From contig CM121342.1 of the NCBI GenBank assembly GCA_051530055.1, forward strand, positions 12,911,480 to 12,975,479: a stretch of DNA of 64,000 nucleotides. Direction: 5' to 3'. Below are positions 53,421 through 64,000 of the stretch, one piece after another. A program made the position numbers and the translations under genes. Within the stretch, counting starts at the first letter, position 1; each line of letters begins with the position of its first letter. The notes beneath the pieces were generated by a model. The model ran no database searches and was not told the DNA's origin. It saw nothing but the letters and a program-made list of their open reading frames with translations. This DNA comes from Neoechinorhynchus agilis (taxonomy: Eukaryota > Animalia > Acanthocephala).

Positions 53421-53968
53421 GGGCGTCGAGGGCAGGGAGTGAAGTCCCGCATATTCTCGCTGCTCTCTTGTGGAAGGTTTCGAACTAAATCACGCTACTT
53501 AAATTAACCGAATCATGGTTACGTTCAAATTTTAATAACTCTATATGGAACTGATGGAAAAAACTTTTTAAGTCTCACTACTAGAAATGTAAAATATTGC
53601 GAAAACGCCGAAACCTTTTCCGTGCGTACTTTGGTGATGAGAAGAATATATATTGATTTATTGTTCGCAATATCTATTCTTTTCATCACTAAGGAACATC
53701 TGTTTGAATGAACAACTTCCTTACAGAAACTTATTTGGCGCGTTGTTGACTATAAATCTAAAACCAATTTTATTGAACGTTTTTTTTATTTAAACGAACT
53801 ATGTTCTCCGATGGGTGACGAAATTGATGACTCCTGAGTTCGTCATTGTCTCAGTGCTTACAACGAGAGAATATGCGAGGGTTACATGAGTTTTACCCTG
53901 GAAAAAAGTGCAACTTTGGCCAATTTTGTCTTTAAGATTTCATTTGAAGATTCTTATTTTCCTGGGCA

Positions 53969-56900
53969 ATGTCTGATAAGGAAAGCATATTAGCCGCCTA
54001 CGAGAGCCTGCAAAGGAAGCGACTTCAGGAAGCCGAAAAACGTGACACGAGCAGTGGTTCTTCGACTCCCTCGGTTAATCTCTCAAATTTGCTGGATGTC
54101 CTTGACGGAACTCCGTGTTACCCAAAACGAAAACAAGTGAAAAGTTACCGCCTTGACATGAAAGCAAAGAAAGACGCTTATATTGAACCGAAGAGTGAAA
54201 GTGGCAGGGAATTCAGTGACACTGAGGATGTTGATCTCTTAATCAACTTGCCGCCTCGAATGGATTTTGGAAAAAAGGAAATTATGACTCGAAGTATCAA
54301 GGAAACCGTTGATCTGATCGTTAAAGCAAAAAATGATTTGCTGAATTATGCAGCTCTGAATTATGCGAACAATACACGATTCCGAGGTTTCGATCAGAGT
54401 CCAAGAACGGAGGTCATCGATCTTTGCCGTAATGTATCAAATCATGATCCAGAGTTCGTATTGAAGGCGAGTTTAAAACTTCGTATCTGTCCACTGTGAC
54501 ATTCTTGTACAGGCTTCTTTGTACATAAGGAATATATTGAACTTTAGGTCACTTGCCAATCTTTTACTCGCGTTTTCAAGTTCCGAGCAATCATGTCGTC
54601 CTTATCTTTCGAAATACTTCGGTTCAGTTGTCAATCTTCCCACAGATTGGTTGGAAGTTCTTGATTTTTACAAAGTAATTAGCATTTATACATCTAATGA
54701 TTGATTTTATTCTCCGTTAATATATTTTACTTCGATGCATTTTTCTTGTAATTCTGTGGTTATGCTGAAAGCATTATCAAAAAATTAATTCTAAAAACTT
54801 TATTTTATAGGTTTCAAGGTTGCATTTTACGAAATTGTGGCCTTCTCTATTTATAAAAGGAAATTTACGAATAAATATCCAATAATAAGTTTGAATTTTA
54901 AAATTCACTTTAAATACTCAATTTGCGTAAACTACGTTGCAAATATTACCTCTTAACTGAGAACGCAATCAATCGTCGAATAAAATTCGTCTTTGTCATA
55001 ATAAGTTATTTGCTGCAATAGGCAATAAGCGGAAAGGCAGCAATTCCAAAATGCTTGGTTAAAGTAATGAAACTAAAGTTCGGACAATTTTCCGATTTCC
55101 ACCTTCGTAATTTTTCATTATTTATAAATTGCATCTTCTCATATTTGTTTCATAGAGAAATACAAATCATTGGCAAGAATACCAAACGTGATTGAAGGAC
55201 GAAACAAACAAGCGAAGAACTTAACGATGAAAACCGCTGTAAAGGTATTACACATCAAGTACCCAAGAGATAAGGTAATGAAAGTTGTTCAAGCAAGGTG
55301 CGCTTTTCTTATCTTTTATTCAAATTAACTACTATCCCTTAAATTGCTAAAGATATCCATCAAATGTCGACGAATTCATTGCATCAGAGTTACCAGGCGA
55401 ATTCGATGAATCATTGGCCGGTAAAAAAATTAAATTCGACCCGATAGTCACCTGGGAAAGAGAATTAAGCTTAAATGGCAACTCTGCTAATGTATGGGAA
55501 AATCTTTTAGGTAAATACTATTTACTAAAAGTGTTTTACTTATTATCTTTCTATAGACAAAAATGCGGTTGCTTACATGGCGCTAATTCGAAACTTGCGA
55601 AACCTTGTAGATAAGAAAATATCCAGTCAACATTTTGTTAAAGTTATTAATATCATAAAAGATGAGGTAAGAAAATAGCTCGTTGAAGTGCATTTATGGC
55701 GTGTGTTAGGAGCAAGTAAAAAAATCGAGACAATTTCCGCAACAATTTTATCAGGCTTACATGGCATAAAAAAAACAATATGAGGACTCTGGTCGCTATA
55801 GCGAAAATCCCAAGTGGTAAGTATTTAAATTCAATAGGACGTTTTAATTTTTCAATAGGCGCCAGTACAATGAACAATTGCAAATGGCAATATCTGAAGC
55901 GCTTTCAATTTCAGTTGAAAACGACGTTCCAGTCATTCCGGGAAAAACTATTGTAATCGTCGACGTGGAGAATATCGTTAATCCAAAAGTTGATGAAAAG
56001 GCGACAAAACGACATGAAACTAAAACTTCGAAGGTACAAAATTATAATAATACATTTCAGAACATAGACAACATAAAAATACAACCATTTTGTTAAATGT
56101 GTTTATCTGTTGCTCGCAAAAATATTCTATTATGTCAATATGGTTTCGTTTTCTTCAAATGTTATGTTTGTTCGGCAGCTTCCTTGATGGCCGCGGCAAC
56201 CATTTTTATAATATTCTAAATAGTTTTTCAACACGTGAATCCTACAGCAGTACATCCTTGAGAAATAATGCGGATGGCTATTTAAATATTTTAATATTGA
56301 TTTTTAGGTCGTCTGCCTTATACTTTATTTGTAAAAGCAATTATGCGAGATTGAAAATCTGTTATAAAATATTTCTGTTTTAACTGCAAAAAATTTTCCT
56401 TCGTTTTTGGTTATGGAATTTAATTTAATGTTCTATAAGTAGAATACCCACAGCGCACAATACGTTAGCTTGTTCTTGATATTGCCTTTAAGCCGAATAA
56501 TAAGAATTTTAACGCGGTTATAATAACAAATGGAATATTCCATCGAAATCTTCTATTTTTAAGTTTTAGAAATTTGGTTCAAACGAGATTCGAAAAGTGC
56601 ATTTATATATGTCACTTCACTTTATTTTGTTGCTTTATTTTGTGATTTAGGAGATGATGGAGGTGCTGTCAGCCTTAATTATTTATTATCGATGCGAAAT
56701 GTGCGATCTGGTTTTATTCTATAGAGGAAAATCATTGTCTATTATAGAAATCAATAGTTCACGATTGGACCTTGAAGTGATTTACGAACTCAGGAAATAT
56801 ATCATTAAGGAATTTCAAAGTGAATGTACATCGAAGGATCCAGATAAATCAATCGAAAAAATCGAAAAGGGCGAAGAAAAGGAGGTTGATACATCCAGTA

Positions 56901-59900
56901 GCGAATCAACCGAAAACAGCGCAAAGGACGAAGAAAAAGAAGTTGATACATCCAGTAGCGATTCAACCGAAAAAAGCGAAAAGGGCAAGGAAAAAGAAGT
57001 TGATACATCCAGTAGCGAATCAACCGAAAACAGCGAAAAGGACGAAGAAAAAGAAGTTGATACATCCACTAGCGAATCAAGTTCGAAAAGTGATGAATCT
57101 GACGTTAGTGATTATTCGGATAGCAATGAAGAAATTGAGTGCAAAATTCATGGAGGAGGTAAATCAAATTATGGAGGATATGTTACGGAATTCGCTTCAC
57201 CTTACAATGAATGCAAAGTATTCTCCATTTCTTAAAGATAGCGATAACATGTAAATGTATAGAAACTTGACAATATTGTTACAATATCGGAATCGTTAGA
57301 TTTGTATAGCGCCACCAAAGCAGCAATCGACTATTATAGACAAGTTCAAAATTCTAACCTTTTGTCAATGAACCTTTTTCTTTCTAACGTTAATGGACTT
57401 CCAACTACCACCAAGAATGATATATTCATTGTAGGCGCATCTGAGAAAGTACTGAGGTATTTTTTGTGATTTTATGTTTCGATTCTCACTTGTTTATTCA
57501 AGATATTTATCGGATCGAGATGTAGAGTCACAAGTGAAACGGGTCAATAAAATTGATCAAGAGTTCGGATTGGTTGAAGGACTGAAGGAGGAAGATTTAT
57601 TTACTGAAAATGAGTTAGTAAGACATTTTCCCGATTTACCAAGATGGCGTAACGTTCGAATATTTGTCTCGTCAACATTTTTGGATATGCAAAATGAACG
57701 CGATATTTTGTTTAAACAAGTATTTCCAGAATTAAGGAGTCGAGCGCGAGCCCTTTCAATTAATCTTTACGATATCGATCTAAGATGGGGCGTAACCGAA
57801 GATTCAGTTGAAGGCTGCATCAAAGTTTGTCTGAATGAAGCTCGAAAAAACGACATATTTATTGGTATATTAGGAAGTCGATACGGTTATTCCGATTTTA
57901 GCTACGAAAATATTGATAGAATTCGTCATCCATGGATTACTCAATATCCACCTGGAGCTTCAATAACCGAACTTGAAATAATCGAAGGTGCATTTGAAAA
58001 ATATAAATGCCCAAAGGATCGAGCGTTTTTCTATTTGCGCGACGAATCGTATGCTGATAATGTTCCAAATGTTTGCAAGGATAACTTGGTGGACACTTGT
58101 AAAGACAAAGTACAAAGGCTTAGCGAATTGAAGTCGAAAATTGTCTCATCAGGATTTGAAGTTTACCGGAATTATCCATGTAGCTACGCTGGGCTTACCT
58201 CTGGTGGTATTGTGAAACTTAGGAAGCTCGAAATCTTTGCAGAGCGGGTATTTAATAACGTTTGGAATTGTTTGGAGAAGCTAAGACTCCCTGTTGAACG
58301 AACCAATGATTTCCTGTGTGATGACATTAATCTTGAAATCGAATACATGAAATCGAAATTTGAAGAAATGGCAATACAGCCAATTGTAAGAAAGATCATA
58401 TTTAATAGCGCAATTGCAGTCTTAAAAATTCGTTGTGGAAATCAATTAGTGATTATAGAAGGTTCTCCAGGTTCGGGGCGATCGACATTTGTGTGTCAGA
58501 TTATCAAGGAATTACAATCTCAGAAGTACGGTCTGACATGTCTTTACTATTTATCTGACGGTGGGCACAGCAGTGCTAATACGATGCTAAAGAAATTTAT
58601 TCATGAGATGTCCCATGAAATGCAACAGGACATTCATCTCAAAGATGATAATGAGGACACTGTTATTGCTAGTTTCTCAAATGTCTTGAAACAATTCGCC
58701 TCTGAGGGCAAAAGGATAATTCTTGCTGTGGATGGATTTGAATGGTTAAGACAACCGCATCTGATAAAACGAATGTTCAAGGAGACTTTAAATTATGTAA
58801 GTTTCTTTTAAAATTTTGTTATATTATAATCGCCAATGTTCGCCTTTAAAAGGTAGGTACTTAAAATATTTAAAATTGTATTCATCAGTGACGGCTGTAG
58901 CCTTTAACATGACGAGCCTCGAATTTTATCCGACCTTAGACTAAATCTAAATATTCCCGTTCTTTAGAATACAAGCTTGCTTTTGACAAGTAATGATTTT
59001 ATGAAAGACATAGTTATTCCGTCTAAAATGAATCAGTCTACTTTTGTACTCGATGATTTAAATTATCCCGAACGCAAGGAGATTGCTATCAGTACTTTTG
59101 CTCGGTTCAGCAAGACGCTTGAGGAAAGTTCACGGAATAATCAGTTAAGAATGCTTCTAACGAAACAACACGCAAAATTTCCTCTGTACGTACAATTTGC
59201 CTGTGAAGAAATTCGCAAGCTAACGACCGATTTTGAAATGGTATCATCGAATATTTCTAAATTACCGGGTTCTTTTCGTCGAATGGTTGCAACATCTCTA
59301 GATCGACTAAAGAAATACGAAGGTACATTGAATGTATATCGATTGCTTTCTCTTCTGCTTTGTGTGAACGATGGAATCAATGAAATCGATCTACTTAATC
59401 TTCTTTATTTGGATTCCCAATTTGATTTAAACAAAATATCGATCGAAAATATTATTTGCAGCTTAGGTAGCGGCAACCCTTTAAAAGCGCCACCGCTAAT
59501 TCAATCGAAATTCTTCGCCCTACGAGATTTTCTGAATGGATATCTAACCCCAAGTAACGAGCATGATGGCGGCATCATTTCGTTTGCTCATAAAGAAATC
59601 AAGGATAGTGTGGTTGAATGTCTTCGAAAAGCAACACCATTTACAAAGTACACTCAGCACTCGCACAAACTCATAGCAGTGTATTACGAATCGCACTGTG
59701 ATCCGTTCGGAAACCACTCTTGGCATTCGCCCTGTCCTCAAATGATGATAAAACTAATTTCTCATGCAATTCGATCTGATTGTCCAATGTACGCAGAGAA
59801 ACTTTTAACCGATGTTTCTTACCTCGAGGCAAGATGTGCACTGGGTAGTATTGATGAACTTCTTAAAGACTATATTGAACTGTTGCAAACTTCTTCATCA

Positions 59901-62900
59901 CTTGAAAAGGACAAGAGGTTTTACGACATGTTTACTTTTATTCGCAACAATCGATTCATTTTGGAAACAAATCCGAATTGTTGCCTTGAAATGATGCTAC
60001 AAGACTCCAACACACACTTATTAATAGAAGCTACACAGCTTGCTGCAAAGAAGAATCTGACTTCTGCATTGAGGCCGATTAATGCAACTACACCAAGGAC
60101 TGTGATTTATCGGTCAGCTGAAAATTGCGCCGTTTGTGTGGACGCGTTTGCCGGAACGGGAATGGTGGCGATTGGTACGAAAACCGGTTTCGTGACGGTT
60201 ATCGATTCAATCACGTCTTCAATTAATAACTCATTTTACGGTCATAATGATTGTATATCAGGGGTAAAATTTCTTGATGAAAATCGTCTCGCAAGCGTGT
60301 CCCACGACGCATCTCTCTCAGTCTGGGATCTACTTTTGCAAATACGAATCAACCATTTTCAAAACGATCACACTGGCAAAATCACTTCAATGGATGCTGA
60401 TCATCATCTGATCGCCACATGTTCATATGATGGCCAAATTGCCGTATAAACACCATTGTAATTCTTATTTCTTCATTTAGGTTCGTTAAATTATAGTATA
60501 GGAACCCTTAGAGGTGCTGAAGTATTCTCGTTTTAGGGCATTTTTCCATCCTACCGATCCCAGGATTTCATTATTATGCATTAAAAATTTAAAATTTTAC
60601 AGGCATTATATATATAGTATTTTATAAAATTTAAATTGGTTTTTTCTACGTGCCTTACAATGTTGTCTGATAAGGAATTCGGACTCTCTGGCTCATGTTA
60701 TTACAATAAAAGCAAGTCGAAAACCGGTTTATTGTGTACGTTTCCATCCAGTGGACCTTTTGCTTCTTTCTACAGGTTGGTTATCCGCGGAGGAAGGAAT
60801 CAGATGTTGGAATCCTTACACCGGTGAATATTTATATTCAATACGCACCAATAGTGCTATTTATCACTTAAACGTTATATTTCCTTACAATTGTCTGATC
60901 GGGAATACCGTAGTTGGAGGTATTGATGCTGTGTTTGATCTACTTAGTAAAAAAGAACTTATAAGCACCTATACCGGATCCAAAAAAAGATTAAGGCGTG
61001 GATTCTCATGTCCTTCGACGTTGCCTTTGCGTGATTTGTACATCTCTTCAAGCGCATCGGGTATTCAAGTATTTAATTTTACTGAACCCGTTCTCGTGAA
61101 AAGCATAGACGTGTCGAAATCCGAGGCCGGAGAACCTTTATGCTTTTATTCTCAATATTACAATAATCGTTTAGCAGTCGGTTTTAGCAACTCAATCGTT
61201 AAGATCTACGATCAAATGGATATGCTATGTAAATGTTCAATAAAATTGAAGGGTGCCGGAAAGGTTTTGCAAATGTCAATATCGTGTCAAAGCGAAACTC
61301 TCCTTGCGTACTGTGAAAACGAAAAGCTGTACGAATTCAGTGCTGTAAAAACCAATATAAAAATCAAGTCCATAACAGATATAGGATCCTCACTGTACTG
61401 TATGAGAAAGAGCATGCATGGTGGCTATAAAGTCCTCGGAATATTGAGCGACCGACAGGCATTCGTGATTACTCAATATGCATTTTTTTTGTCAAGCTGA
61501 AGGCTAATAAACGAGCAACTTGCTGTTGCAACATTAAATCATTTATTGCTGTTGGCTATGATGATGGTAGCGTTCGAATCTTCATGGATACTTCAAATTA
61601 CTATAAAAAGCGTAGCTTTAAATTTCTTCTAAGTTTGAGTATCAAGCAAATATCTTCTCGTGTATGTCATCAAATATTGTCGATTTCACGAACTTTTGTA
61701 AAGGTAAGTTTGAAAAATATAAATTTAAGCGTAAAGAATACGAGAAAGGTGTATATTTATAAGGAACACCTTCTCGAATGAGAGGCATTAAAATTCTAAC
61801 AATACAGTTTATTTTTCTTGGAACTTCAATTCAACTAAATTACCCGATCCATCTAATTGAGTTTATTTTTTTGAGTTAATTAAATACTTTTAAACGTACT
61901 GACTGATATTCCCTTTATTTTGCTCATTTGTATGTTTATAATATCAAAAATGTCATTAATAAAAACTTTTCGATTACCCCTAGCTTTTTACGAAAGCTTT
62001 AACTCTTATTATATTTTCTCAATGTTGAATGAAAATTTCCAAATGCTTTCTCCCATAATTGGTGTATTATTAAATTTTATAAATATTATTGAATTGCTGT
62101 CAAAAAAATTAAGCTGCGCTTAGTGATGATTTTCTTAATTGTGATTTTGAATCAACATCGTGTGATAGGCTAAGTTCAAATCCCATCCAAGAAATTGCCT
62201 ATTGCGAAGAATCATTGATTATCGACTTTGGTGATGGCGATATGAGAATATTTAACGTGAAATCAGGCGAAGGAAAGCTTTCAATTGTCGCGAACAGTGA
62301 ATGTCGCGTTCGGAATTTAATCCCTGACGTTCCATCACGAATTCTTAATTCAAGCATTGACGAAGAAATTGTCTTCATTCTAAGCAATGAATCGCAGATG
62401 ATATACTACGTTGAACTTGGCGAAGATCCAGCTATGAAAGGCTGTTATGATGCGAAAAAAATAAAATCGGCCAGATCGCCTATCTTTCTTGGTGATTCGG
62501 AATCATACGGTACTCCAATGTTGTTCTTATCGGAAGATGGAAAAATAGTTTTATATGATGAACCGGATATGCGACATAATTACCGAATGATACGCCCACA
62601 TGGCGGCGAATGTACTGATTTTGCCCTATTAAACAATGAGAATATTGTTTGCTGCGGAGCCGAAGGTATCGTGAGTTTAACTCCAATTCCTCGGGAATTT
62701 CTTCAAAATGATATCAAGTGCATGGATGTATGCAGGTGCAAGAAATTTATGCTGACCGTGAATAGCCATAACGTGTTGACAAAATGGAAATGTGATGCAA
62801 ACGGTAAACTCACAGAATATAAAAGTGAAACCAATTTAGCCGACTATCCTCGTTGTGTCTATGGATTTCACTATGCTTATTGTCACCACAGTTATTTTCA

Positions 62901-63672
62901 TTTTCCTGGTCGGGCACTTCAGGAAGCGGTTATTACTTCTGGAAGTGATAGAATATATAGTTATGGCGATCTCGCTGAATACAGACAGATAATGTTAAAT
63001 AAGGATTTGCGCGTTGATCTATCGCGAAATTCAGACGGAAAAGTAATTTTAAATGCGGAAATTAAAATTATGAAAAATATCAAGCACGCAGTTGATCTAG
63101 CCGAATGGCCAGTTTGGTTCAAGATTCTCTTTTATCCAAATAACGAGTATTTAGCACTAGTAGTGACGACTGATCAGAATTTACTATACTGCAGGTTTAC
63201 AATGGACGAGATTTTAAATGAAGAAGACCAACAAGCGATTAGCTTCGACCGATGCCTTAACCTGCTTAGCATTGATCCAAATCTAAAATTGAAAGTTCTT
63301 CACGCATTCTTTAGCAATGATGAAAGCAAAGAATTGGCTTATATTGCAATTGGATCAAGCAGTGGAACAGCATTTGTGATCGATATCTTCAACAGGAAGA
63401 CGATAATTAAAGTCGAATTGAGCGACTTTGATATTACAGCCATTCATTATGACGAACCGAACCTTTATGTCGGATGTGAAGACCGCTCAATCAGTGTTAT
63501 ATCAGTCTTAAATCCCCAGAAAATCTTTGAAAGATATGTAATCGCTGATGTTCCGTTGTGCATAAATACAATCTTGGGAAAGAGACTCGCGGTACTGACA
63601 AACAGAGGTCAAGTTTTTGTTCAACAGTCACTTTCACTAATAAAGACCATGACGCTGAACACGCTTAAGTGA
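53969..63672 (+). CDS. TEP1: Telomerase/vault-associated protein component 1 (TROVE - vWA-like - DUF4062 - NACHT - WD40), many exons
   Basis: DPEFVLKASLYIRNILNFR..LPTDWLEV (TROVE), TWERELSLNGN, WRNVRIFVSSTFLDMQNERD..DIDLRWGV (DUF4062), P-loop GSPGSGRST, PLYVQFACEEIR and multiple WD40 repeats. Confidence 0.93.
56143..56198 (-). mobile_element. 56-nt 3'-terminal fragment of CRE family A in a TEP1 intron
   Basis: gtttcgttttcttcaaatgttatgtttgttcggcagcttccttgatggccgcggca is identical to ~32543-32598. Confidence 0.9.
56870..57085 (+). repeat. 57-bp (19-aa) coding tandem repeat in TEP1, EEKEVDTSSSESTENSAKD x ~3.7
   Basis: gttgatacatcc occurs at 56885, 56942, 56999 and 57056, in frame in ORF 56654-57235. 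Confidence 0.92.
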
Positions 63673-63960
63673 AACAAACAATGAAAATCGAGAAGTGTCT
63701 TAGCCTTAATCGTGATTAAAAATGCTTTATTTAATGGAAGATTATTGCAATGTTCTTTGATTTCACGTAAAAGTTCATCCAACATCCATCGATGCAACCC
63801 TCGTTGCCCATCTATCAGTCGACTGGGCCAACTATAAACAGCCACCGGGAACCGGCCTACCAATACATGACGCCGCAAAGCATTAAAGAACAATACTCAT
63901 TTGCCGTGCCAGCAGCTTTCAGTTTTCAAAATGACCTGCGAGCATCATAATAAGATTTAT
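63621..63960 (-). CDS. Possible 3' exon(s) of an unidentified convergent gene
   Basis: Open frame GRFPVAVYSWPSRLIDGQRGLHRWMLDELLREIKEH after a plausible tag acceptor. No homology recognised, and the window ends nearby. Confidence 0.25.
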
Positions 63961-64000
63961 TCGGAAAAGGGGTCATAAGGAGATAGGTAGATCAGATCGA

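Noticed and set aside
61455-61500. T8 frameshift in a TEP1 WD40 region as programmed slippage
   Set aside because: A short intron ending ttttttttgtcaag, or a homopolymer error, explains it equally well.

Overview
Eukaryotic (invertebrate animal-type) DNA from a compact genome with mostly 40-60 nt introns. The organism was not identified. Recognisable host genes: calmodulin, mannose-6-phosphate isomerase, a TMEM70/186/223-like protein, EXOSC10/RRP6, an RDH-type SDR, DNA polymerase beta, TTI1, a kexin/furin-like convertase, RPL36 and a long TEP1 (TROVE-DUF4062-NACHT-WD40). Between them lie decayed retroelements: at least four Penelope-like elements (PLE; RT + GIY-YIG), two CRE-type non-LTR families with restriction-like endonuclease, CR1/L2-type APE LINE fragments and a tRNA-derived SINE. 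There are also fold-back elements and a 163-bp satellite with a 653-bp higher-order repeat. The least expected signals are: (1) fold-back elements from about 120 bp to 2.5 kb with minimal hammerhead-ribozyme motifs pointing outward from their arms; (2) an unannotated ~210-nt RNase MRP/P-like RNA tail-to-tail with RPL36; (3) an intronless convertase lacking a prodomain; (4) a Walker-A K-to-R substitution and an acidic 19-aa repeat in TEP1; (5) several GC-AG introns. All family calls and folds come from manual motif recognition. No searches or folding programs were run, and element boundaries are approximate.
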